A stretch of 64,000 nt of DNA from an uncultured delta proteobacterium (GCA_963727445.1 CAVSGI010000009.1:736001-800000), one strand, 5' to 3'; counted from the stretch's first letter, positions 1 through 14,405 are shown. Notes: generated by a model not told the origin, from the sequence alone. Numbers and translations are program-made.

Positions 1-1059
1 CGGCCCCTTCTTGTCGCTGCGCAGCTTGCGCACCGCGATGTACTCGAGGATGCGCCGCTTGATCTTGTCGAGGCCGTGGTGGTCCTCGTCGAGCACGCGC
101 CTCGCTTCGGCCACGTCGAGGCGGTCGGCGGTCACCTTGCCCCAGGGCAGGTCCGCGAGCCACTCCACGTACTGGCGTGACACGTGATACTCGTTGCCCG
201 CCGGCGACATCGACCGCATGCGCGAGAGCTGCTTCTTGGCCGCGCGCTCGGCCTCCGGGGGAAGCTCTGCGCGCGCCAGTCGGTCGCGCAGGTTCTCGAT
301 ATCGTCCTCGTCGTCCGCGTCCTCGCCGAGCTCGCGGCGGATCGCCTTCATCTGCTGGCGCAGGAGATACTCGCGCTGTGAACGCGACATCTCCTCCTGC
401 ACCATGGTGTTGATCTCCTTCTTGACGCGGTGCACCTCGTTCTGGCGCCCCACCAGCTCGGAGACCTTGCGGAGCCGCTCGCGCACGTCGAGAATCTCCA
501 GCACCGCCTGCTTGGACTCGGTGTTCACCGGCAGGTTGCTCGCGACGAGATCGGCGAGGGAGCCCGGGTCCTGCACGTTGTCGAGGACCTGACTGGTCTC
601 GCGCGACTGACCCGGCAGGAAACCGGAGAGCTTGCGCATCGACTCGCGCAGGCTCTCCGCCAGCGCGTCGATCTCCACGTCGCGCATCGGCGTCTCGTGA
701 ATGCGGCTCACCCGCGCGCGCATGCACGGCGAGCGCGTGATGCCTTCGAGGATCTGCATGCGCGCGACGCCCTGGAGCACGACGCTGTAGTTGCCGCTGC
801 TGAGGCGGATCACCTTGAGCACGCGTGCGACCGTGCCGAGCTGGTGGACCTCCTCGAAGGTCGGGTCTTCGAACTCGAGCTTCTTCTGAGCGACGACGCC
901 GATGGTGGGGCGCTCCTCGCCGAAGGCTTCTTCGATCAGACGCACCGAACGGGGGCGGCCCACGTTGACGGGCACCACCGAGGCGGGAAAGAGAACCGAG
1001 TTGCGAAGGGGGAGGATCGGCAGCACTGCTTCGCCGCCGGGGATGACCGAGTCACTCAT
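1..1059 (-). CDS. lon: ATP-dependent Lon protease, N-terminal part (runs off the window's left edge)
   Basis: My translation from ATG 1059: MSDSVIPGGEAVLPILPLRNSVLFPASVVPVNVGRPRS...QREYLLRQQMKAIRRELGE...YVEWLADLPW...LDEDHHGLDKIKRRILEYIAVRKLRSDKKGP. This is the Lon N-domain up to just before Walker A. Absent from the ORF track because the stop lies outside the window. Confidence 0.95.
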   Translation of the reverse strand, partial: MSDSVIPGGEAVLPILPLRNSVLFPASVVPVNVGRPRSVRLIEEAFGEERPTIGVVAQKKLEFEDPTFEEVHQLGTVARVLKVIRLSSGNYSVVLQGVARMQILEGITRSPCMRARVSRIHETPMRDVEIDALAESLRESMRKLSGFLPGQSRETSQVLDNVQDPGSLADLVASNLPVNTESKQAVLEILDVRERLRKVSELVGRQNEVHRVKKEINTMVQEEMSRSQREYLLRQQMKAIRRELGEDADDEDDIENLRDRLARAELPPEAERAAKKQLSRMRSMSPAGNEYHVSRQYVEWLADLPWGKVTADRLDVAEARRVLDEDHHGLDKIKRRILEYIAVRKLRSDKKGP

Positions 1060-1198
1060 GAGGCGTGTAGTGTCGCTGAGTTACGCGTTTCTTCAACCAT
1101 CGCCCTTTGCCAACCGCCATTCACCTGTTACAAGTTTGACCTCCCAGGTAGGGGTGTAGGATAAATACCTACAGGTAACCCCGCCGAGGTCGTACAGA

Positions 1199-1396
1199 AT
1201 GAACAAGACGTCGCTCACCCTCCTGGCTCTGACCCCGCTACTCCTCGCTGGCTGTCATGGGGCCATCCTCGGAAACCTCCTGGTCCTGGGGATCACCGTG
1301 GGCATCTTCGTCGGCACCCTGGGCCTCGGTCGCGTCACCGCCACCGGCGCCGCGCGCGCCCGCAACGCCGAGACGAGCACCAGCTCGCACGGCTGA
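1199..1396 (+). CDS. Small lipoprotein/membrane protein (65 aa)
   Basis: Signal peptide with lipobox LAGC followed by a second hydrophobic segment (AILGNLLVLGITVGIFVGTLGLG); fills the gap between lon and the kinase. Confidence 0.7.
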   Translation: MNKTSLTLLALTPLLLAGCHGAILGNLLVLGITVGIFVGTLGLGRVTATGAARARNAETSTSSHG

Positions 1397-1408
1397 GGCG
1401 AGCACCGC

Positions 1409-3703
1409 TCAGAGGGCGGCGCGTGCGCTCTCGAGCGCGTCGGCCATCTCCGACGCCGAAGCGAAGCGCGCTTCCTGATCACGGCTGAGCGCGCGGAGGA
1501 CGACCTCCTCCACGGGGACCGGGATGTCCGGGCAATGGGCGCGAAGGTCCGGCTCGGGGCCGTTCGTGATCGCGTAGAGGAGGGCGTGGACGACCTCGGC
1601 CACGAAGGGGGGCTGTCCCGCGAGGAGCTCGAAGAGCACCACGCCGAGGGCGTAGATGTCGGTGCGGGCGTCGACGTCGTCGGGCCGCCTGATCTGTTCG
1701 GGGGCCATGTAGAAGGGCGTGCCCACGATCTGGCCCGTCTTGGTCTGGCCGCCGTCTCCATGTTTGGAGATGCCGAAGTCGAGGACCTTCACGCCGCGAT
1801 TCGACACGAAGATGTTGCCCGGTTTGAGGTCGCGGTGGATGACCCCCGCCTCGTGGGCTGCGGCGATGCCCCGGGCGGCCTCGGTGCAGATCTCGAGGGC
1901 GCGCTCGACGCGGAGCGCTTCCCCTTCGGCGAGCATCGCCTCGAGCGATCGTCCTTCGAGTCGCTCCATCACGATGTAGGGCTCGTCTCCGTGCATCCCG
2001 GCGTCATAGATGTCCACGACGTTCGGGTGCTTGATGCGACCGCACGCCCGCGCCTCGGCGAGGAAGCGCTTGCAGTGGGTGGAGTCTCCGCAGACCGTTC
2101 GCTTGAGCACCTTCACCGCCACATCGCGGCCGGTGATCAGATGCCGGCCGGCGTGAACGACGCCCATCCCACCGATACCCAGCACGTCGCCGATCTCGAT
2201 CTTGTCGTCCAGCGTCTGACCTTCGCGAAGGGGTACCGACTGAATCAAGGGTGGCGGCACCTCCACGTCCAGGGCCGACATGGTCTCCGCCAGGACGGGG
2301 CTGTCGGCGTCGATGCGATTCGGGGTGATGGACTCCAGCGTCGCGCGGGCGCGGGAGCGTTCGACCTTCGCTCGGCCCGCGTCCCCCAGGGCGTCGTAGG
2401 CGTCGGCGAGTAGGCCGCGCGCTTGCCCCAGGTCGTAGCACGCACCCAACAGCTTCCAGGCGCGCACGGCGCGCTTGGCGCTGCTCACCGCGGAGGTCAC
2501 CTCGCCATGTGCGAGGTGCAACCGGGTCCGCGCCGTGGCGGCCTGCGCCTGGATCCCCAGCGTCCCGAATCGTGCCGCCGATTCGGCGAGCTCCTGGGCG
2601 GCGGCTTCTGCCGCTTCGAGGTCCTCGAGCTCGACGCAAGCGGCCACCAGGGCGGGGAGGTGACGCGTTCGCCCGTGCGGGTCGTGCGCGAGGTCGTTCA
2701 GCTTGGCCTCGCACAGCTCACGGGCGGTCTTGGCGTCCCCGCGCTCGAGGGCGAGTAGCGCGAGGCCAGGCATCGGATCGAGTCCGAGCTCCTCGGCGTC
2801 GTGGAACGCGGCCTCGGCCTGGTCGAGGGCTCCGCCTTCGAGCCGAAGGTAGCCGAGCTCGCTATGGGCGAACGCTTTCGCGATCGTGAATCGATGCTTC
2901 TCGAAAACCACGAGGGCTTCGCGCACTTGCTCCTCCGCGCGCTGGTGGTCCCCCACGAAGCGCAGCAGCTCGGCTCGATGAACGCGGCACAGACCGGGGA
3001 AGCCGCAGACGCGTCGTTGGTCGATCCAGGCCCCGGCGGCCTCCGTCCACTCGAGCGCGCGCTCCAGGTCGCCCAGGTTGCGACAGAAGTCGATGGTGTT
3101 GCAGTAGATCATCGCGCCGGTGATGGGGCGGGTTCGGTCTCGGTTGACCAGGAGCATCGCCTCGTCCACGTCGGCGGTCGCTTCTTCGACGCGACCCTTT
3201 CGCATCATCAGCGCTGCTCGACGACTGAGGGCGAGCGCTTCGTTGTCTTCGTCGTCGTGCTTGCGTGCGAGGGCGTGTCCCCGCTCCACCATCTCCACCG
3301 CCTGGTCAATCTGACCGCCGATCACCGCGAGGAACCCCTGCAGGATGGCGGCCCGGGCGTGGCCGGCGCCTTCCGGGGCTTCCGCCGCCATCCGGAAGAT
3401 GCGCCGAGCCCACCCCTTGGCCTGCGCCGTGTCTCCCACGACGCCGTGGTAGTCGGCGACGTCGGCGGCGACCCGGATGGCGTCGTGGATCCGACCCTCT
3501 TCCATGTAGGCGTCGTACGCGCGCGCAAAGAGGTCCGCAGGCTTTTCACCGATGAGCCATGCGTCCATCGCCATGCGTTCGAGATCTTCGGAGCCGAGCC
3601 TGTGTCCTGCCTCTTCCGCCGCCCGATAGAAGGCGTAGGCCTCCTCCCACGCCCTGGCCTCGTGGGCTTGCCTACCTTTCTGCGAAGCCAGCTCCCCGCT
3701 CAC
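1409..3703 (-). CDS. Ser/Thr protein kinase with N-terminal TPR-like helical region and C-terminal kinase domain
   Basis: Intact kinase motifs LGIGGMGVV, VAVKVL, HRDLKPGN, DFG, GTPFYMAPE in the last ~270 aa; preceded by ~460 aa of Ala/Glu/Arg-rich helical repeats; no TM segment. Confidence 0.9.
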   Translation of the reverse strand: MSGELASQKGRQAHEARAWEEAYAFYRAAEEAGHRLGSEDLERMAMDAWLIGEKPADLFARAYDAYMEEGRIHDAIRVAADVADYHGVVGDTAQAKGWARRIFRMAAEAPEGAGHARAAILQGFLAVIGGQIDQAVEMVERGHALARKHDDEDNEALALSRRAALMMRKGRVEEATADVDEAMLLVNRDRTRPITGAMIYCNTIDFCRNLGDLERALEWTEAAGAWIDQRRVCGFPGLCRVHRAELLRFVGDHQRAEEQVREALVVFEKHRFTIAKAFAHSELGYLRLEGGALDQAEAAFHDAEELGLDPMPGLALLALERGDAKTARELCEAKLNDLAHDPHGRTRHLPALVAACVELEDLEAAEAAAQELAESAARFGTLGIQAQAATARTRLHLAHGEVTSAVSSAKRAVRAWKLLGACYDLGQARGLLADAYDALGDAGRAKVERSRARATLESITPNRIDADSPVLAETMSALDVEVPPPLIQSVPLREGQTLDDKIEIGDVLGIGGMGVVHAGRHLITGRDVAVKVLKRTVCGDSTHCKRFLAEARACGRIKHPNVVDIYDAGMHGDEPYIVMERLEGRSLEAMLAEGEALRVERALEICTEAARGIAAAHEAGVIHRDLKPGNIFVSNRGVKVLDFGISKHGDGGQTKTGQIVGTPFYMAPEQIRRPDDVDARTDIYALGVVLFELLAGQPPFVAEVVHALLYAITNGPEPDLRAHCPDIPVPVEEVVLRALSRDQEARFASASEMADALESARAAL

Positions 3704-3754
3704 GTGCTGACCCTAACATTGCCGAGCGATGATGAGCGCAGGTCCAGGATCGGT

Positions 3755-3785
3755 CTTGACACGTCGCGTCAAACGGGTATATGTA
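3755..3785 (+). promoter_or_regulatory. Putative sigma70-type promoter with overlapping palindrome TTGAC-N7-GTCAA upstream of lrp-gltBD
   Basis: TTGACA at 3756-3761 and AT-rich TATATGTA at 3778-3785 in a divergent intergenic gap; CTTGACACGTCGCGTCAAA is palindromic. Confidence 0.55.
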
Positions 3786-3793
3786 AGGTGCGA

Positions 3794-4333
3794 ATGGGGT
3801 CCAACCTAACAAAATTAGAAAATGAGCCCCTGGACCGAACGGATGCTCAATTGGCGGACGCGCTCCAGCGCGATGCCAAGCAGAGCCTCGCGGATCTGGG
3901 AGCGTTGGTCGGCCTCACTGCCCCCGCAGTGCACGAACGGGTGCGCAAGCTCGAACAGCGCGGCGTGATCCGCGGCTACCACGCACTGCTCGACGGAAAG
4001 GCCGTTGGTCTCGACATCACGGCCTTCGTCGGAGTGGGCGTGCGCGATCCCGCATGCGTGGCGGGGGTCGAGGCATGGGTCGTGGAGCGGCCCGAGATCC
4101 TCGAGTGCCATCACGTGACCGGCAACTACACGCTTCTGCTCAAGGCGAAGGTGAAGAACACCGGCGCCCTCGAGACGCTGATCAACGCCACACGCGCGCG
4201 CGAAGGCGTGACCGGCACCGACACGATGGTCGTGTTCTCGACGAGCGTCGAGCGCATCCCCGTCGCGCTCGACGTCCCCGATGCCGAGCCCGGTGTTCGG
4301 CGTCGCGGCCGGCCCCGCAAGAAGGCGAGCTGA
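3794..4333 (+). CDS. Lrp/AsnC family transcriptional regulator with C-terminal AT-hook-like tail
   Basis: [64 protein letters not shown] domain; tail RRRGRPRKK. Real start inferred at ATG 3794 inside track ORF 2801..4333. Confidence 0.92.
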   Translation: MGSNLTKLENEPLDRTDAQLADALQRDAKQSLADLGALVGLTAPAVHERVRKLEQRGVIRGYHALLDGKAVGLDITAFVGVGVRDPACVAGVEAWVVERPEILECHHVTGNYTLLLKAKVKNTGALETLINATRAREGVTGTDTMVVFSTSVERIPVALDVPDAEPGVRRRGRPRKKAS

Positions 4334-4356
4334 GGCCCTTCTCACAGAGAGTGGAG

Positions 4357-8906
<4,550 letters not shown>

Positions 8907-8907
<1 letters not shown>

Positions 8908-10373
8908 TGGGCGACCCCACCGCGTTCAAGGAGATCGAGCGGCGCGAGCTGCCCAAAGAGGATGCGAAGCGGCGCCTCGCCCATTTTCGGGAGTTCGTCA
9001 GCGAGCCCCCCGATTCGCACGTCGTTTCTCAAGCGGCGCGGTGCATGGACTGCGGCGTTCCCTTCTGCCAATCCGACCGCGGCTGTCCTCTCGGCAACCG
9101 GATCCCCGAGTGGAACGATCTCGTCTATCAGGGGCGCTACCGGGAAGCGTGGGGACGGCTGCACGCGACGAACAACTTCCCCGAGGTCACCGGACGCGTG
9201 TGCCCGGCGCCGTGCGAGACCGCGTGCGTGCTCGGCATCGATTCCCCGCCCGTCACCATCGAGGACATCGAGCGTTCCATCGCCGACCACGGCTTCGAAG
9301 CGGGCTGGCTCGAGCCGCGGCCGGCGATGCATCGCACGGGCAAGAAGGTCGCCATCGTCGGCTCGGGGCCCGCGGGTCTCGCCGCAGCCCAGCAGCTCGT
9401 CCGTGCCGGTCACGACGTCACGGTCTACGAGCGCGAGGACCGCGTCGGTGGCCTGCTGACCTACGGCATCCCCAACATGAAGCTCGACAAGGAGCTCGTC
9501 GAAAGGCGCGTCGCCCAGCTCACGGCGGAGGGGGTGATCTTCGTGACGGGCGCCAACGTGGGCGTCGACGTGGACGTCGCGGCGCTCCACGAGCGCAGCG
9601 ACGCCCTCCTCCTCTCGATCGGCTCCACGCGCCCGCGCGATCTCTCCATCCCGGGGCGCGATCTCGACGGAGTCCACTTCGCGATGGACTTCCTGACCAG
9701 CACCACCAAGAGCCTGCTCGATCATCAGATGCGCGAGGGAACGTATCTGTCGGCGAAGGGAAGGCGGGTGGTGGTGATCGGCGGTGGGGACACGGGCACC
9801 GACTGCATCGCGACCGCGCTGCGTCACGGGTGCAAGGAGCTCACCGCCTTCGAGATCCTCGAGCGGCCGCCGGAGGCGCGGGGCCCGGACGCCCCCTGGC
9901 CCGAGTGGCCGCGCATCTTCCGGGTCGACTACGGGCACGCCGAGGCGAAGGCCCGCGACGGTCACGACCCGCGCGTCTTCGGTGTGCTCACCAAGGGCTT
10001 CGTCGGTGATGGCTCGGGGCGTGTGGCCGGGATCGTCACCGCCAACGTGGAGTGGGAGGCCGACGAGGCGGGGCGACCTTTGCTCCGCGAGGTCCCCGGC
10101 AGTGAACGCACGTGGGAGGCGGATCTGGTGCTGCTCGCGATGGGCTTCGTCGGCCCGGAGAACACCCTCGGTGATCAGCTGGGCCTCGCGCGCGACGGTC
10201 GCGACAACTACGCAGCCCAGGATGGGCGCTTTCGCACCAACGTCGCCGACGTCTTCGTCGCCGGGGACTGTCGCCGCGGCCAGTCCCTGGTGGTGTGGGC
10301 GATCGCCGAAGGGCGAGGTGCCGCGCGGGCCATCGACGAGTACCTCGTGGGCGAGTCGGTGCTCCCGGTCTGA
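8907..10373 (+). CDS. gltD: Glutamate synthase small subunit
   Basis: [53 protein letters not shown]; start overlaps gltB stop (TGATG). Confidence 0.97.
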
Positions 10374-10386
10374 GCCGGACGAGCGC

Positions 10387-11518
10387 TCACTTCTTCTTTT
10401 TCTTCGTCGTTCGCTTCGCCGGCGTCTTCTTGGTGCTTCGTTTGCGGCGCGGGGGCTCGAGGCCGACCTTGAGGCGGCGCATCACGGCGAGCTTCTGCCG
10501 CTCCTTGTAGCTGGCGTGACTCGCCTCCCCCATCTCGTTGAACTGCTCGGTCTCGCGATCGATCACCTGGAACTCGGTCTGGACGAAGATCACGTTCCCC
10601 AGCGCCCACGCGGCAGGTGGGGCGGCTTCGATCATCTCGTCCGGCAGGCGCACCGGCATGTCGACGACGAAGTGGACCACCCGGTAGTCCTTCGCGGTGA
10701 AGCGGTTGTCGACCCAGATCTCGTCGTCTTCGAGAATCGGGTGAGAGCTGCAGGTTGTCGACCATCGGTGCGAGGTTCTCGTGTCGCTCGCAGTAGCCGC
10801 GAAAGTGGAAGAGCGTGTTCGTGGACTCTCCGGGGATCACGTAGTTGAAAGGGAAGACCTCGCGCATCAGATAGTTGAGCACCGGGAAGATGTCGTCGGG
10901 CTCACGGGTCACGATCCGGAAGCGCAGCTTGTCGTAGATGGCAGCGGCGACCGTCTCCTGCTTCGACAGGAGCTTCGTGTAGAGCGAATCCTTGTTCTTG
11001 CGGCCGCCGATGAATTCCAGGATGGGAAGGCCCTTTGCCAGCATCGCGCCGATCACCCGGTAGACCTTCTGCTCGACCAGGTGAAAGACCTCCTGGTCGG
11101 ACACCGGGAGCATGAAGAGGAGCTCGCGGGCCTCGAGGTGATGGATGATGTGCATCACCTTCAAGATGGTGCAGGCGCAGAGCTGCCGGTGGCCCCGGCT
11201 GGAGGCGAGCATGAGCAGCGACTCGATGTCGGCGTTCGCCACCGGCTTCGGGATGGGGAAGTCGAAGTTGCGCTTGAGGTAGCTGATCGCGGAGTTCTTC
11301 ACCGCCTCGGCGCGCGCGACGTCCGCCGGGTTCGACGGGGCGTGCTCCTGGGCGCCCAGAAACGCCTGCGCCGCGCTCCGGTCCTCGAAGTTCAGGCGAT
11401 GCCAGTCGATGACCGAGCCGCCGCGCAACAGAAGACGGATCGCCTCGAGGTCGGCCAGCGAGAGCTGATCGAGCGACTTGTAGCCGGGAGGCGGAGGCGT
11501 CAGCGAAGAGGTCGCCAT
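10387..11518 (-). CDS. TIGR04552-like myxobacterial protein with RelA/SpoT synthetase-like motifs; one extra base near 10735
   Basis: N-terminus LEAIRLLLRGGSVIDWHRLNF is recalled as typical of the family. Track ORFs 10208..11518 and 10387..10680 join if one A of 10735-10736 is removed (LSPD-LEDDEIWVDNRFTAKDYRVVHFVVD). Confidence 0.8.
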
Positions 11519-11648
11519 CGGAGACGCGCACTATAGCGCCATCACCACCCTCGTGGGTGGTCGGTTGCGGCGCAGGCCCCACTGGGCGTTTGGCGGAGCG
11601 GAGGGCGGCTGAACGTACGTGCTGGGTGTTTCGTCCCGAGATCGCCGG

Positions 11649-14183
11649 TTAGAGGCGCTTCGAGATGCGGACCGTCTCGCCGGGGCCGACCTCGACGCGG
11701 AACTCGTGCATCTGCTCGTCGGGCGTTCGCAGACCGACGCGGCGCGTCCCGGCGCGTACGCGCAGTGAGCGAACCGGGGTGTTGCGCTGGGTGTCGTTGC
11801 CGTCGATGAAGACGCGCGCCCAGGGCAGGCTGTTGATCACCAGGGTGCCGAAGGCGCTGTCGCCGTCGTCCATGGGGGACGCCATCTGGGTCTGCATGTT
11901 CACCCGCGCCGCTACCATGCGAGGCGTGGTGGACTCCTCGGTCGCGGCCGCCATGTGTGGTCGCTCTTCCCGAGGCTCTTCGCGCGTCATCGCGGCTTCG
12001 CGCGGCGCTTCTTCCTCGGCGGAGGCAGACTCCTCTTCCTCGGCAGGATCTTCTTCCTCTTCGGCCTCGTTGGCCGTCGCGCCCTCTTCGCCTTCGGCCT
12101 CTTCGCCTTCGGCGTTCGTCGTCTCTGCCTGAGCGACGGCGCCGACATCGCTCGTCGCCGCCGGCGATCGCACCAGCGCGACCTCGAGCATGGCGGTCGC
12201 CCCGCCCTCGACGTGCACGCGCCTCTCTGTCGACTCGAAGCCCGACGCCTCGAACTCGATGATGTGGTCGCCCGTAGCCACGTTGTCGACGCGAAGCGGC
12301 GCGCTACCGCGCGGCTCGCCGTCGATGGTGATGGTCGCCGCGACGGGGGGGACGGTGCGGATCTCGATGGTGCCGCTCGAGCCGCCGCCGAGGAGCACGT
12401 ACGCCGCGCCGACGCCGACACCCAGCATCACCACCGACGCCACCAGGAAGAGCAGGACCATCTTGCCGGTGCTGGGCTTCTGCTGCTGCGCCGCCATGAG
12501 GGCGGGTACCTGACTGGCCTGGACCTCGATGGTCTCCTTCGAGCGCTGCGGGCTGGCGAGCGACGGATCGATCTGAATTCCCGACGGCGTGCCCGGCTGA
12601 TAGCCGCCCGGCGGCGCGGTGAACGCGGGCTGCTGCTGCTGTTGTTGTTGCTGCTGCTGAGAGAACGCCGGCGCGGGCTCCGACTGACCGGGCTTGAAGG
12701 TCGGGATGGGCTTCTGTCCCTGCTGCGCGCTCGGCTGGGCGAAGGGCGGGTGCTGCTGCGCTTGCTGATGCGCCGGGTACTGCGGCTGCTGCGCGTAGCC
12801 CGGCGCGGGGCCCGGCATGCTCCCGAGGGGCGCCGAGCGCGCGGCTTCTTCCGCCTCTTCCGCGCTGAAGAAGATCTGTGTGGGCTGCGCATTCAGCTCG
12901 TCGTCGGTGATCTGCGCATACTCCTCGACGTCCATCGCCTCTTCGTCGAAGGGCGAAGCGCTCATCACCGTCGCTTCGCCTTCGATCCCATCCTCGTCGA
13001 TGAGGTCGAAGTCCGAGGCGGAGAGCTCGTCGGGCGGGACGGCCAGACCAGGCGCGGCCGGCGCTCGCTGGGGCTGAGGCGCGGGCGCCTCGTGCCTGCC
13101 GCCGTGGCCGGGGAGGGTGTTGCCCGCGGCGTCGGCCGCGCGCGGCCGACGCGGACCGCCGAGCACCGACGGCCGGCCGATCGACGCGAAGCCGTCGAGG
13201 CGCGCTTTCTCTCGCGCCATCTCGGTCGCGAAAGCGGTCTTCATCCAGGCGCCGAGCTTGCTCGTCCCGAAGGGCGGGCGCTGCGTCGCCAGGAACTTCA
13301 TCAAGAGCTCTTGCAGCTCGGCGCCGCTCTGCGGGCGGTCCGCCGGCTCGCGCTGCAATGCCTGCATCACGATCTGGGCGAGCTGGGGCGGGATGTCCCG
13401 CACCACGGATTGGATGGGCCGGACGTCTGCGTTGCGCACCTTCTCGAGGGTCGAGAAGTCGCTCTCGCCCATGAAGAGGCGATCGCTGGTCAGCATCTCG
13501 TACATGCAGGTGCCGACGGCGAAGATGTCCGAGCGCGGATCGATGGGCAGACCACGCACCTGCTCCGGGCTCATGTAGCCGAACTTGCCCTTGAGGACGC
13601 CGGCCTGCGTCTTGGTGGTGCGCGACGCGGCCTTGGCGATGCCGAAGTCGATGACCTTGACCTCGCCCTCGTAGCTGACGAGCACGTTCTGTGGTGAGAC
13701 GTCGCGGTGGATGATGTTCAGCGGCTGGCCGCGGCGGTCGCGCTTGTGGTGTGCGTAGTCGAGCGCCTCGCACATCTTCGAGGCGACCCACGCGACCATC
13801 GCCGGCGGCATCTTCTTTCGAAGGCGCCGGAAGCGATTCATGATCTGGAGCAGGTCCTTGCCCCAGACGTACTCCATCGCGATGTAGTGGGACTCCCCGA
13901 TCTTCCCGAGCTCGAAGATCGGGGCGATGTTCGCGTGGTTCAGCTGGCCGCTGATCTTCGCTTCGTCGACGAACATCTCGATGAAGTCGTCGTCCTCCGC
14001 CATCGTCGGCAGGATTCGTTTGATCGCGAGGAGCTTCTCGAAGCCTTCGATGCCAAAGGACTTCGCCATGTACACCTCGGCCATGCCGCCGATCGCGATT
14101 CGCTCCAGCAACAGGTACTTCCCGAAGGGGATGACCCTCGGACGCTTTCCCTGTTGTCTACTGCCCCCACTGGGGCTGGGCAT
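11649..14183 (-). CDS. Membrane Ser/Thr kinase with Pro/Gln-rich linker, TM helix and two PEGA-like domains
   Basis: FGKYLLLERIAIGGMAEVY, HRDVSPQN, DFG, GKFGYMSPE; polyQ linker; TM MVLLFLVASVVMLGVGVGAAYVLL; PEGA-like TITIDGEPRGSAPL and INSLPWARVFIDG. Start could be 14216. Confidence 0.92.
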   Translation of the reverse strand: MPSPSGGSRQQGKRPRVIPFGKYLLLERIAIGGMAEVYMAKSFGIEGFEKLLAIKRILPTMAEDDDFIEMFVDEAKISGQLNHANIAPIFELGKIGESHYIAMEYVWGKDLLQIMNRFRRLRKKMPPAMVAWVASKMCEALDYAHHKRDRRGQPLNIIHRDVSPQNVLVSYEGEVKVIDFGIAKAASRTTKTQAGVLKGKFGYMSPEQVRGLPIDPRSDIFAVGTCMYEMLTSDRLFMGESDFSTLEKVRNADVRPIQSVVRDIPPQLAQIVMQALQREPADRPQSGAELQELLMKFLATQRPPFGTSKLGAWMKTAFATEMAREKARLDGFASIGRPSVLGGPRRPRAADAAGNTLPGHGGRHEAPAPQPQRAPAAPGLAVPPDELSASDFDLIDEDGIEGEATVMSASPFDEEAMDVEEYAQITDDELNAQPTQIFFSAEEAEEAARSAPLGSMPGPAPGYAQQPQYPAHQQAQQHPPFAQPSAQQGQKPIPTFKPGQSEPAPAFSQQQQQQQQQQPAFTAPPGGYQPGTPSGIQIDPSLASPQRSKETIEVQASQVPALMAAQQQKPSTGKMVLLFLVASVVMLGVGVGAAYVLLGGGSSGTIEIRTVPPVAATITIDGEPRGSAPLRVDNVATGDHIIEFEASGFESTERRVHVEGGATAMLEVALVRSPAATSDVGAVAQAETTNAEGEEAEGEEGATANEAEEEEDPAEEEESASAEEEAPREAAMTREEPREERPHMAAATEESTTPRMVAARVNMQTQMASPMDDGDSAFGTLVINSLPWARVFIDGNDTQRNTPVRSLRVRAGTRRVGLRTPDEQMHEFRVEVGPGETVRISKRL

Positions 14184-14405
14184 ACCCACACGAACCTCCG
14201 ATCGCGAGAATCCCAACCTGTGATGCCAGGATCAACCATGTCCTTGGCATTCATCGGATTTTGGTGGGACAGGCGCGCCGAGCGGCCGACATGGAGGCAC
14301 ATCGTTTCGGGGGCACCAGGTTAGGGGCCACAGACCCCACTTTCCGGGCCTGGGGAGCGCGTACCCCTTCGGAACGCGGGCTTGTGAAAAGAAGACGCCT
14401 CGCCC

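Noticed and set aside
2801..3793. N-terminal extension making a 510-aa Lrp fusion
   Set aside because: It is the antisense shadow of the kinase gene; Lrp similarity starts at about 3794, after a promoter-like region.
4054..4356. N-terminal extension of GltB
   Set aside because: Overlaps lrp in another frame; the GltB propeptide and RBS fit ATG 4357.
10720..10745. Programmed ribosomal frameshifting at the split genes
   Set aside because: No slippery heptamers or consistent stimulators; breaks occur in unrelated genes and mostly resolve as one extra base.
11544..11561. Hairpin ACCACCC-TCGT-GGGTGGT (and CGAGCTCC-GGGG-GGAGCTCG near 20448) as terminators
   Set aside because: Short stems without U-tracts are common by chance at this GC content.
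12630..12659. CAG/CAA polyglutamine tract as a contingency locus
   Set aside because: Short, in-frame, mixed codons within a low-complexity kinase linker; no sign of a switch function.
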